Source of the DNA: Oceanispirochaeta sp.
GTDB lineage: Bacteria > Spirochaetota > Spirochaetia > DSM-2461
Direction of reading: 5' to 3'
Length of the DNA: 64,000 nucleotides
NCBI GenBank assembly: GCA_963666275.2
Contig: CAXXOA010000002.1
Span: forward strand, 736,001-800,000
The notes beneath the pieces are model-generated. The model ran no database searches and had not been told where the DNA came from. It was given only the letters and a program-made list of their open reading frames with translations. Position numbers and translations under genes: made by a program. Positions 28,963 to 38,198 of the stretch are shown here, one piece after another (position 1 is the stretch's first letter; each line of letters opens with the position of its first letter).

Positions 28963-30345
28963 CTAGGCTACAGTGCGTTTCAGTCTCTCTCCCTGCTGAT
29001 GCCTTTGATCCAGGTTTCTCATTTCAAAGAAAGTTGCTGTGACTGTCACCAGGACTGCAAGAAAGTCCGCCGTGGGGAATGCCGCCCATACTCCGTTCAG
29101 TCCGAAAATCCGGGGCAGAATCAGAGCTGCCGGGATCAGGAAAAGGAAGGTCCGGGAGGTTCCCAGCAGCAGTGAGACTCTTCCCTTGCCGACCGCCTGA
29201 AAGTAGGTGGCTGAAACAATCTGAATACTGATGATGGGCATCAGGAGAGACATTATTTTCAGAGCGTGAACACTCCTTTCTATTAAAACGGGGTCGGTTG
29301 TAAAAAGACCTACAAGCAGGTCCGGGTTCATCCGGACAATAACATAGAAGAAGAGGGCAATGGATGTCCCCGAGATGATAGCCAGGAAGAGTATTCCCTT
29401 TACTCTATCGTAAAGTTTGGCTCCGTAGTTGTACCCGGCAATGGGCTGAAATCCCATGGCAATCCCCACCATGGGCATAAAAATGAAAGAAAGGAGTCGC
29501 TGAAGAATCCCATAGGTGGAGACCGCCAGGTCTCCTCCCAGTCTTCCTGCGGTAGTAATAATCACTGTGGCGACAATACTGGTTCCGGTGGACTGAACAA
29601 AGTTGGGTATCCCGAGGATTGTCATCTCTTTCAGAAGGGAAGGCTTGATGCGGAAGTCGGATTTTTCCAGTCTCAGCAGAGATTTTTTCCGTGCGTAGAA
29701 CTGAAAAGCCCATAGGAATGAGAAGAACTGGCTTATAATGGTTGCCAGAGCGGCTCCCCTGACTCCCAGATGAAAAACAAAGATCATGATGGGATCCAGA
29801 ATTATGTTGAGGATCAGTCCAATGAGCATGCAGTTCATGGCTGTTCTGGCATTCCCTTCCGACCGGATCAGACTGTTGGCTCCCATGGACATTCCGAAAA
29901 AGGTAAATCCCCAGATAATGGTTCTCATATAGGTAGCCGCATAGGGCATTATCGCATTAGAAGATCCGAATATCCTCAGTATGGGGGTCAGAAATAGCTG
30001 CAGCAGAAGAGATAGGGCTATCCCTCCGATCAGAAGTGTGGTCACGGCAGTACCGAAGGCGCGTGTCGCTTCTTCGGGTCGTTTTTCTCCCAGTCTTCTT
30101 GAAATAATGGACGCCGCTCCGGTGGCAACCATCAGCGCCAGGCCCTGGAAGATCATCTGGATGGGGAAGGCTATGGAGAGCCCCGCAATGGCCATGGAGC
30201 CGACACCGCGGCCCACGAAAATGGTATCGGTGATATTATACAGAGCCGCAACCATCATACCTATAATGGTGGGTACAGACATTTTTATAAGCAGGGGAAA
30301 GAGTTTCTGTTCTCCCATAAAGGCTGATTTATCTTGCTCTTGCAT
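28963..30345 (-). CDS. MATE efflux transporter (MepA-like)
   Basis: LYNITDTIFVG, NIILDPIMIF...GVRGAALAT, QPIAGYNYGAK. Confidence 0.92.
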   Translation of the reverse strand: MQEQDKSAFMGEQKLFPLLIKMSVPTIIGMMVAALYNITDTIFVGRGVGSMAIAGLSIAFPIQMIFQGLALMVATGAASIISRRLGEKRPEEATRAFGTAVTTLLIGGIALSLLLQLFLTPILRIFGSSNAIMPYAATYMRTIIWGFTFFGMSMGANSLIRSEGNARTAMNCMLIGLILNIILDPIMIFVFHLGVRGAALATIISQFFSFLWAFQFYARKKSLLRLEKSDFRIKPSLLKEMTILGIPNFVQSTGTSIVATVIITTAGRLGGDLAVSTYGILQRLLSFIFMPMVGIAMGFQPIAGYNYGAKLYDRVKGILFLAIISGTSIALFFYVIVRMNPDLLVGLFTTDPVLIERSVHALKIMSLLMPIISIQIVSATYFQAVGKGRVSLLLGTSRTFLFLIPAALILPRIFGLNGVWAAFPTADFLAVLVTVTATFFEMRNLDQRHQQGERLKRTVA

Positions 30346-30793
30346 GTTTTTTTTCCTCTAATTTTGCTGAAACATTCCGGAGGGTTTTCAGAGCCGCAAG
30401 GAGATCCTCCGCCTCCTGATCCTCCAGAAGCTGAATATTTTCAAAAATATGGTTTTCAAATCTGATATCCGCCTGGTCTGTCAGGCTGATACCCTGGTCG
30501 GTGATGGAGACTTTGACCTGTCTTCTGTCCTGCTCTGATCTTTTCCGGATCGCCAGGCCCGTATCAATGAGTTTATCGACAACCTGGGTCAGGGATCCTT
30601 TGATCATACCCAGACTGCTGCCCAGTTCCTTCATCGTCAGATCTCCCTTGTCTCTCAGGACAAGCAGAGCCCGCAGCTGGGTCATGTTTACCTTGGAGTC
30701 CTCGGGAAGTTTCAGATCATACATAAGTGTATGAACGAAACGCTTCGGAGTCTGAATAAACAGATAGGCTTCATCTCTTGTTGGTTTTTCCAT
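30329..30793 (-). CDS. MarR-family regulator
   Basis: LTMKELGSSLGMIKGSLTQVVDKL...DRRQVKVSIT; overlaps the MATE start. Confidence 0.9.
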   Translation of the reverse strand: MEKPTRDEAYLFIQTPKRFVHTLMYDLKLPEDSKVNMTQLRALLVLRDKGDLTMKELGSSLGMIKGSLTQVVDKLIDTGLAIRKRSEQDRRQVKVSITDQGISLTDQADIRFENHIFENIQLLEDQEAEDLLAALKTLRNVSAKLEEKKHARAR

Positions 30794-30808
30794 ATCTCTA
30801 CCACCTGG

Positions 30809-30857
30809 ATAGTCTCAAAATAAATAGTTTATATTTAAATAGTCTATAATAAGACTA
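30809..30857. promoter_or_regulatory. Probable MarR operator array
   Basis: TAGTCT-N6-AGACTA palindrome (30840-30857); ATAGT(C/T)T recurs at 30809, 30824 and 30839 (15-bp period). Confidence 0.55.
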
Positions 30858-31042
30858 ATATAGTGAGTCCGGATGTATGAGTCAAGAGGATTTCATCCCA
30901 ACCGGAAAGTTTTACATAAAGTGTCTCTGAACTGATCCTCAGGGAACTCCTCCCATAGGCAGCACCCGCGGGGAGCCATATTAATGATCCATTCATCAGA
31001 ATTGTGGTAGATAGAGAAAAAGAGGCAATGATATGATAGGTC

Positions 31043-32209
31043 ATGATCGGAGATTTTACATATACCGGATTATTCCTTTCTTTCTTTATTGCATCCGGCG
31101 GGATGACCTCCATGGTGATCTCTCTACTGATCTTCCTTTCTATCAGGGAGAAACAGCTGTTTCACTATCTCCATGGGGGATTCTTCTTTGTATTCGGATT
31201 CTGTATTCTCTGTGACCCCTACTCCCGGCTGGGAACAGAGAGCTTCGCTCCCTATCTCCTTTATATGAATTACCCTTTAATCTTTCTTGTGGGGCCTTTC
31301 TTCTACTATTATTTCCGGAGCCTTATGGACAGGAAATTTTCTTTTTCGGTGAGACACATTTTTTCATTGATACCTTTTTTAATCACTCTGATCATTTTCA
31401 TTCCCTATTATGTCAAATCCAATGAAGAGAAAATTGCTCTGTTTCCTTTGAATGGGATTTCAGACGGGGTAGTGAAGACACTCTACAGGATTATCGAACT
31501 GAGTATGTTCCCCTGGAGCCTGGTGTGGGTACTGTTTGCCATATACCGTTTCTGGAACCGTTACTATTACATTAAGGATAATCATGACAGAGCGGTGAAA
31601 TTCGCATCCATCTATCTCCTGGGCAGTCTGGTTGTGATGATGGTTATTCTGGTTACCGATGCTCTGAATCTCTTCCAATATTACACATTCGGTATTCTGG
31701 GTCTCATTCTGATCATGCTGTTCCTTGGGGTAGTCACATTCCGGTATCCCCACTTTTTTATTCAGGTCAGAATGGAATCGAGCGCCGCCAGGTATGCCAA
31801 GTCCCGATTGTCCAAACCGGTTGCAGACGATGTTGTTGAGAGGATTGAAGACCTTATGAGTCTGGAGAGGATCTATGAGAACCCGGATCTGACCATCAAT
31901 GATTTAAGCCGCAGTCTGAAAATCACTCCCCGGGAACTTTCGGAGATCATAAATACCCGGTACCAGAAAAATTTCAGGAATTTTATCAATGCCCACAGGG
32001 TGGATGCGGCCAGAAAGAATCTTGTGAACCGACCGGGTGAGAGTATTCTGTCTGTCTGTTTCGCCTGCGGATTCAATTCGAAATCCAATTTCAACAGAGT
32101 CTTTATGGACAGTGTGGGAATGACGCCTACTGAGTTTCGGAATCGGAACAGCAGACAGAAAAGGAGCCTTAAACCGGCAGACACTGTCCCTGAACAGGGA
32201 AAAATATGA
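31043..32209 (+). CDS. Membrane-anchored AraC-family regulator (about 7 TM + HTH)
   Basis: Hydrophobic N-terminal half; YENPDLTI, NFRNFIN.HRV, CGFNSKSNFNRVF...GMTPTEFR. Confidence 0.88.
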   Translation: MIGDFTYTGLFLSFFIASGGMTSMVISLLIFLSIREKQLFHYLHGGFFFVFGFCILCDPYSRLGTESFAPYLLYMNYPLIFLVGPFFYYYFRSLMDRKFSFSVRHIFSLIPFLITLIIFIPYYVKSNEEKIALFPLNGISDGVVKTLYRIIELSMFPWSLVWVLFAIYRFWNRYYYIKDNHDRAVKFASIYLLGSLVVMMVILVTDALNLFQYYTFGILGLILIMLFLGVVTFRYPHFFIQVRMESSAARYAKSRLSKPVADDVVERIEDLMSLERIYENPDLTINDLSRSLKITPRELSEIINTRYQKNFRNFINAHRVDAARKNLVNRPGESILSVCFACGFNSKSNFNRVFMDSVGMTPTEFRNRNSRQKRSLKPADTVPEQGKI

Positions 32210-32525
32210 TTCTTTCTGAAACAATATTTCAGCATATGATAGGAAGAGTATGAATAAAAGAGAACTTACGTATCAGCAGACCTTTGATGGCATCCGGAAG
32301 GCAATGGATGATATTGTTGCCGAAAGCGGATTTGATAAACTCACAATCCGGGATCTCTAAAAAGTTCTGTATTTTACAGCCTCGAATGGTTTGTCCTGCA
32401 GACCTGGGACGGGGATGTCCCTCCCAATACAATTGTAGGGAGTATCCCTGCCAGAATCATCAAATCCAATGAATAGGGTTCAGGTCTCTTACTCCTCTTA
32501 CTTCATGGAGGAACGGCTTCTCTGT

Positions 32526-32591
32526 CATAGGAAATACCGATAAGGATATCAGTATTTTTGATTTCCCTAAGTAAAATTATATCGATACAAT
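32526..32591 (+). promoter_or_regulatory. LysR-type T-N11-A box plus -10 element upstream of the Tat flavoprotein gene
   Basis: ATAGG-N5-CCGAT (32527-32541) and TACAAT (32586-32591); same spacing as the 3492-3557 promoter. Confidence 0.55.
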
Positions 32592-32635
32592 ATTATCTAA
32601 AAATATTTTATCGTTTGAAGGGAGTCTAAAAATAT

Positions 32636-34270
32636 ATGAGCAAAGAACAGTCCTCCGGTATTTCCCGAAGAGATTTTCTGAAAGGTACTGCTGCCGGAGT
32701 TGTAGGTATAGCCGGCGCCAGTGTTATCAGTTCCTGCAGTTTCGGCAGCAAAGGAGCAGTTGCTTCCGCAGATGGAGCTTCCGCTGCAGCCCCCCGTGAA
32801 AGTCTGATGCCTAAAGTCTCAAAGACCATCAAAGCGGATGTGGTCGTTCTGGGATCCGGCGGGTGCGGAAGTGCTGCCGCCACAAGAGCTGCTCAGCTGG
32901 GAATGAAAACCGTCCTTATTGAAAAAAACTCAGTATACGGCGGAACAACCATGTTTACCGAAGGCCTCTTTGCCGTAGGGTCTCACTGGCAGAAAGAGGC
33001 GGGGGTCGACTACACCGTGGGAGAAGTATTCTCCAAAGCCATGGATTACCATCACTGGCTGGCCGACGGGGCTCTGAACCACGCTTTCTTTGATGCCTCT
33101 GCCGCCAACCTGGACTGGATGGAGTCGGTGGGCATCAAATTCCGCGCCGTCAGCACCATGGGGGTCGCCCTGACAACCTGGCACCTCTATGAAGTGGAAG
33201 AGGGACAGCTGAGCGGTACAAAATACGTACAGCAGTGGCAGAATGCTGTGGAGAAGAGCGGCGCCACCATCATGATGAATACTCCCGGCCGGGAGCTGGT
33301 TATGAAAGACGGAAAGGTCGCCGGAATCATAGCGGAGCAGGAAGACGGCAGCTATCTCTATATTGAAGCCCCCGTTGCCATTCTGGCTACAGGAGGATAC
33401 GCCGACAGTCCCGAGATGATCAATGAGCTGTGTGATTTCAGTGCAGACCGTGTTGAGGCAACCGGGATCAAAGGCCGGGACGGAGATGGTATCCGTATGG
33501 CTCAGAGTGCGGGGAGTACCTTTGCCAAATCCCCCGGGACCCTTGTCTTCTACGGTGGTACCATGAGGGGAATGCCCTACGGAACCCAGCTCTACTGTGC
33601 AGCTGCTTTCCAGCCCTTTTTCTGGGTGAATGAGAAGGGAGAACGATTTGCCAACGAAGAGCTGGCGGAACAGAACTTTACCCATTCGGGAAATGTTCAG
33701 GCCATGCAGAAAAAAGTTTACAGTATCCTGACGAAAAAGCAGATGGATATGCTGGCCTACGAAGGCTGCGTTTTCGGCTGCGGTGAATACATTGCCCGGG
33801 GAAGCAAGCTGACCAATCTCTATAAGGAGCTGGATGACTGGACATCCGCGGGAAAAGGCAGTGTCTATACTGCTGATTCTCTGGATGAGCTGGCGGGAAA
33901 GATCTCTGTAGACAGCGGAACGCTGAAAGATACTGTGGAGCGGTTTAATGGATTCTGCAGCAGCAGGCAGGATCTGGATTATGCCAAGAACCCGGATTAC
34001 CTCTATCCTCTGGAGGACGGTCCCTACTATGCTTTTGAGCTGGTTGCGGGAATTTTCGCTTCCGCAGGGGGGGTGAAAATTGATACAGCCAGCAGTGTCA
34101 TCAACGAACAGGGTCATGCCATTCCCGGTCTGTATGCGGGAGGTTGTGAAACCGGTGGGCTTTACGGTGATACCTACGACGTAGGTGTTTGTGCCGGTTC
34201 CTGCCAGGGCTTTGCCGTCCATACCGGTAAAGTGGCTGCAGAAAGTGCCCGGAAGTACCTGAAGGCTTGA
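32636..34270 (+). CDS. Tat-exported (probably lipoprotein) FAD_binding_2 oxidoreductase; substrate unknown
   Basis: SRRDFLK twin-arginine, ISSC possible lipobox, DVVVLGSGGCG, ILATGGY, GERFANE, GLYAGG. Confidence 0.85.
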   Translation: MSKEQSSGISRRDFLKGTAAGVVGIAGASVISSCSFGSKGAVASADGASAAAPRESLMPKVSKTIKADVVVLGSGGCGSAAATRAAQLGMKTVLIEKNSVYGGTTMFTEGLFAVGSHWQKEAGVDYTVGEVFSKAMDYHHWLADGALNHAFFDASAANLDWMESVGIKFRAVSTMGVALTTWHLYEVEEGQLSGTKYVQQWQNAVEKSGATIMMNTPGRELVMKDGKVAGIIAEQEDGSYLYIEAPVAILATGGYADSPEMINELCDFSADRVEATGIKGRDGDGIRMAQSAGSTFAKSPGTLVFYGGTMRGMPYGTQLYCAAAFQPFFWVNEKGERFANEELAEQNFTHSGNVQAMQKKVYSILTKKQMDMLAYEGCVFGCGEYIARGSKLTNLYKELDDWTSAGKGSVYTADSLDELAGKISVDSGTLKDTVERFNGFCSSRQDLDYAKNPDYLYPLEDGPYYAFELVAGIFASAGGVKIDTASSVINEQGHAIPGLYAGGCETGGLYGDTYDVGVCAGSCQGFAVHTGKVAAESARKYLKA

Positions 34271-34282
34271 TTGACAAGGCCT

Positions 34283-34291
34283 TGTTATAAT
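34283..34291 (+). promoter_or_regulatory. Extended -10 promoter of lysR
   Basis: TGtTATAAT 27 bp before the LysR ATG, overlapping the palindrome ACAAGGCCTTGT (34274-34285). Confidence 0.45.
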
Positions 34292-34317
34292 TAAAATAAT
34301 AGCGGAGAGGTAAAGAT

Positions 34318-35214
34318 ATGGATTTCAGCAAAATACAGTGTTTCCTCTCCGCTGCCAATACACTGAACTTTTCCCGGACAGCAGAGGAACTGTATCTCAC
34401 TCAGCCTACCATTACAGCTAAAATCAACTCGCTGGAAGAGGAGCTGAATGTAAAACTCTTCAACAGGAACAGGCACTCTATGACTCTTACCCCGGAGGGG
34501 GAGTATCTCTACCGGGAATTCTCCTATCTGTTCAATTATTACCAGAATATAAAGCAGAACCTGGCCCAGATGACCTCGTCAAACAATTCGGTGATCCGCC
34601 TGGGATACCATGGTCCCGTAGGCTGGGGATCCGTTCATGACAAAATCAAAGAATACCGGGCTCTCCACCCGGATACGACTTTTGAAATTCACATCGACGG
34701 CTGGGGACCTCTGAAGACGGCTCTTTTAAATCGGATCGTGGATGTCATATTTATTGAACAGGAGGAGATCGGGGATTCTCCCCGGCTGGAGAGTCTCTCT
34801 CTGGGAAGGGGGCTGTCGGCAGTTGCTCTGAGCAGGGAGCATCCTCTGGCAGGTCGGAGAAAGGTGAAAGTCTCCGAACTGGCCGATGACGTGGTCATTA
34901 TGGTGGACAACACCTATCATCCCAGGAGTGTTTCAGCCATTCACAAAAGGATGCAGGCTTCCGGTGTGAATATGCGGAGAGTCCTGTTTGTCAAACGTCC
35001 GGAAAATGCCCTGGGAATGACAGCCAGCGGCCAGGGTATTACCTATCTGCCCAGAACCTTTAAAGTGAAAAATGACCCGAACATCGCCTATGTGGATGTG
35101 GACAGCCCGGAGATGTATCTGGATTACGCCCTGGCCTGGTTGAAAGAGTCGGAAAATCCCAATGTAAAGCGGTTCTGCGACTTTGTGAAAGAGAATCCCT
35201 GGCCCCTGGCGTAA
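34318..35214 (+). CDS. LysR-family transcriptional regulator
   Basis: LNFSRTAEELYLTQPTITAKINSLEEELNVKLFNR. Confidence 0.93.
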   Translation: MDFSKIQCFLSAANTLNFSRTAEELYLTQPTITAKINSLEEELNVKLFNRNRHSMTLTPEGEYLYREFSYLFNYYQNIKQNLAQMTSSNNSVIRLGYHGPVGWGSVHDKIKEYRALHPDTTFEIHIDGWGPLKTALLNRIVDVIFIEQEEIGDSPRLESLSLGRGLSAVALSREHPLAGRRKVKVSELADDVVIMVDNTYHPRSVSAIHKRMQASGVNMRRVLFVKRPENALGMTASGQGITYLPRTFKVKNDPNIAYVDVDSPEMYLDYALAWLKESENPNVKRFCDFVKENPWPLA

Positions 35215-35531
35215 GCTTGAAATCTGACTATTTCAGGAAGAATAATGGGATTTAAAAAATACAATTCTGTATTTTCTGTCGGATATGCTTTCTATGGGTA
35301 AATTTTTTTTCTCTTCCAATAACAGGCGGATGTCTACGGATGGAATAAATCCGGAAAACGTAAGCCTAACTGCTGAAAATACTTAATGAACAGGGATTTT
35401 TACAGGTTACAGTTAAGCCCGTTTTTCATTTGTCCGATGCGGGATCCTCTAATGCAAACATTTTCTTTGCTACTTGAATAAAAAGGCAGGGATACTACAA
35501 TTGAAGGAATAATACAGATAGGAGAACGATT

Positions 35532-36542
35532 ATGAAAAAAGTAGTAGTACTTGCCATGTTTCTGGCCCTTTCAGCCGCTGTTTTTGCCGGTGGATCCCAG
35601 GAATCTGATTCCGGTGAATCCGGAGGAGCATCCGATCTTAAAATGGTTCTGATCCTGCCGGGACCGATCAATGATCAGAGCTGGAATGCCACAAACTATA
35701 GCGGACTTGTTGCAACCAATGAAGAGTTGGGTACCAATATGGAGTACATCGAAAATGTACAGGCCAGTGATTATGAATCCACTTTCAGAAATTATGCTGA
35801 ACGCGGTTACGATCTGATCATGGCTGCGGGAACTCAGTTTGATGAGGCTGCCAATAAAGTTGCTCCTTCCTTTCCTGAAACCACATTTTGTGTTGTAAAC
35901 GGTATGGTCTCTTCCGGACCCAATGTGGCTCCTATTTTCCCCAAAGAATATGAAGCCAGTTACATTGCCGGTGTTATGGCGGCCTATGTCACTGAAAGCG
36001 GAAAAATTGCCACTGTCGGCGGTTTCCCCAATAAGGCTATGGTGGATCTTCTGGATGTCTATGAAGCCACAGCCGCTTCCTATGCCGCAGAGAAAGGTAT
36101 TGACGTGAGTGCTGTCAGAGCCTATGCCAACTCCTGGAGTGACGTGGCCCTGGGAAAACAGATGGCTGAAACAATGATCGATAACGGAGCGGATGTACTT
36201 TTCTTCTATGCCAATCAGGTTGGACTTGGTGCCATACAGGCAGCCAAGGAGAAGGGAGCTAAATTCATCGGTTTTTCAAGCAATCAGAATGATATAGCTC
36301 CTGAGACAGTCGTTGCCAGTGTGGGATTTGACTTTCAGGTTTTCTATAAATGGGCTGTTGCCAAATACCTGGACGGATCCCTGGAGGGAAAAGTTCATAT
36401 GGCCGGTCTGAAAGAAGGACTTTTTGTCCCCTATTACACCGAAAATATTGATCCTGCGGTTAAGAAAGCTGTAGAAGAAGCCACCGCAGCAGCCATAGCC
36501 GGAGATGTTGATTTCGAATCTATGTTCTCTGGAGATTACTGA
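35532..36542 (+). CDS. BMP/PnrA-family ABC substrate-binding protein (nucleoside/purine type)
   Basis: GPINDQSWN, GYDLI, EYEASYIAG, GADVLF; FAGGSQE N-terminus. Confidence 0.9.
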   Translation: MKKVVVLAMFLALSAAVFAGGSQESDSGESGGASDLKMVLILPGPINDQSWNATNYSGLVATNEELGTNMEYIENVQASDYESTFRNYAERGYDLIMAAGTQFDEAANKVAPSFPETTFCVVNGMVSSGPNVAPIFPKEYEASYIAGVMAAYVTESGKIATVGGFPNKAMVDLLDVYEATAASYAAEKGIDVSAVRAYANSWSDVALGKQMAETMIDNGADVLFFYANQVGLGAIQAAKEKGAKFIGFSSNQNDIAPETVVASVGFDFQVFYKWAVAKYLDGSLEGKVHMAGLKEGLFVPYYTENIDPAVKKAVEEATAAAIAGDVDFESMFSGDY

Positions 36543-36587
36543 TATCTGAATCCTCATTGAGGATTTTCCTTATCTTTTTTTCAGTTA

Positions 36588-36634
36588 AAACTCTTCCCGC
36601 TGTCCTGAGGGGCTCCGGGAGGAGTTTATTTTTT
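36588..36634 (+). terminator. Intercistronic hairpin/terminator after the binding-protein gene
   Basis: AAACTCTTCCCG...CGGGAGGAGTTT followed by a T-run. Confidence 0.55.
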
Positions 36635-36689
36635 GAATATCTAAATAATATACGGTTCGCCGTTATACAATGTCCTTCTGGAGGACTGA

Positions 36690-38198
36690 ATGCCACTAGT
36701 TGAGTTTAAAAATATCAGTAAGTACTTTACCAAGGTTATTGCCAACGATGATATCTCATTTTCCATCAACAAAGGAGAAATCCTTGCTCTTCTGGGAGAA
36801 AATGGGGCTGGCAAGAGTACTATCATGAAAATTTTGTACGGCCTGTATCAGGCGGAGAAGGGCGAGATCCTGATTGACGGAACCCCCCGCCGGATCAAAT
36901 CTCCCCAGGATGCCATGAAAATGGGCATCGGGATGATTCAGCAGCATTTCTCTCTTATCCCGGTTCATACAGTTCTGGAGAATATTATTCTCGGAAATGA
37001 GAAAGGGTATCTGAATGCCGGAAAACTTTCTGCCAAAGTAAAAGCTCTGACAGAAAAGTATAATTTCAATATAGAACCTGATTCCTATATAAGGGATCTC
37101 CCTGTGGGAGTTCAGCAGAAAGTTGAGATCCTCAAAGCTCTCTATCAGGATGTGGAACTCCTGATTATGGATGAACCTACGGCAGTCCTGACTCCCCAGG
37201 AGTCGATGCAGCTGATGGATTTTGTGAAGAGTTTTAAAGAGAGAGGACATTCGGTTGTCTTCATTACCCATAAACTTCAGGAAGTTATGCACGTAGCCGA
37301 CAGAATTGTGGTTATGCGCAGCGGAAAGGTCGTGGGGGATATTCCCCGCCAGGAAACCACGGAAAAAGAACTCTCCCGCCTGATGATCGGAAAAGATCTC
37401 CCGCCCATCTCCATGACCGAACGGGAGAGAAGTGAGACTGTCCTTGAGGTCAATAACCTTTCGGTGAAAGGGAAGCAGGGGCATTTTGCTCTGAAAAACG
37501 TTTCCTTCTCAATCGAAAAGGGAGAGATCCTGGGCATTGCCGGCGTCAGCGGTAACGGACAGCAGGAACTGGGAGAGACTCTCAGCGGACTGTTTGAAGT
37601 AGAGGAGGGCGAGATCCTTCTGAACGGTGCCCAGATAAACGATCAGTCCGTAAGAGAGAGGATCGATAACGGTATAGGCTATGTTCATGCCGACCGCCAT
37701 AGCGCAGGGCTTGTATTGGATATGAGCCTGGGAGAAAATCTCCTTTTAAAGAGCAGTTTCAGCAAAGAGTGGGCAAATCACGGTGTTATCAGGCAGAAGA
37801 AACTGGAATCCCATGCCCGGGACATCATCAGAGATTATTCTGTGAAAGCTTCGGGGTCCGAGAATCTCATGAAAGGACTTTCCGGTGGAAATCAGCAGAA
37901 AGTTGTTCTGGGACGGGAAGTTTCCATAGGTACAAAGGTTCTTATATTTGATCAGCCGACCCGGGGACTGGACCTGGGGGCAATTGAATATGTTCATAGA
38001 ACCATACTGGCAGAAAGGGATAAGGGAAAAAGCATCCTGCTTATCTCCACAGAACTCTCCGAGATCTTTGCCCTTTCCGACCGCATCGGCGTTCTCTATG
38101 ACGGAGAGCTGATTGATGTTCTTGATAAGAAAGATGCCACAGTGGAACAAATCGGAATGCTCATGGCCGGTATCAGGGAGGAATCAGATGAAACATAA
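36690..38198 (+). CDS. ABC transporter ATP-binding protein (tandem ATPase, NupA/YufO-like)
   Basis: GENGAGKST, MDEPT, GVSGNGQ, LSGGNQQK. Confidence 0.93.
   Translation: MPLVEFKNISKYFTKVIANDDISFSINKGEILALLGENGAGKSTIMKILYGLYQAEKGEILIDGTPRRIKSPQDAMKMGIGMIQQHFSLIPVHTVLENIILGNEKGYLNAGKLSAKVKALTEKYNFNIEPDSYIRDLPVGVQQKVEILKALYQDVELLIMDEPTAVLTPQESMQLMDFVKSFKERGHSVVFITHKLQEVMHVADRIVVMRSGKVVGDIPRQETTEKELSRLMIGKDLPPISMTERERSETVLEVNNLSVKGKQGHFALKNVSFSIEKGEILGIAGVSGNGQQELGETLSGLFEVEEGEILLNGAQINDQSVRERIDNGIGYVHADRHSAGLVLDMSLGENLLLKSSFSKEWANHGVIRQKKLESHARDIIRDYSVKASGSENLMKGLSGGNQQKVVLGREVSIGTKVLIFDQPTRGLDLGAIEYVHRTILAERDKGKSILLISTELSEIFALSDRIGVLYDGELIDVLDKKDATVEQIGMLMAGIREESDET

Noticed and set aside
32210..32520. 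Hairpins at about 32327-32350 and 32412-32448 and short ORFs in the AraC-flavoprotein gap
   Set aside because: No second copy in the window, no terminal repeats or recognisable ncRNA motif; the ORFs lack RBS or family signal.
35215..35531. Possible purine riboswitch upstream of the nucleoside ABC operon (contains TCTAC and TAAAT)
   Set aside because: I could not build P1-P3 or find the ATATGG/CCGTAAA kissing loops; an Rfam RF00167 scan would settle it.
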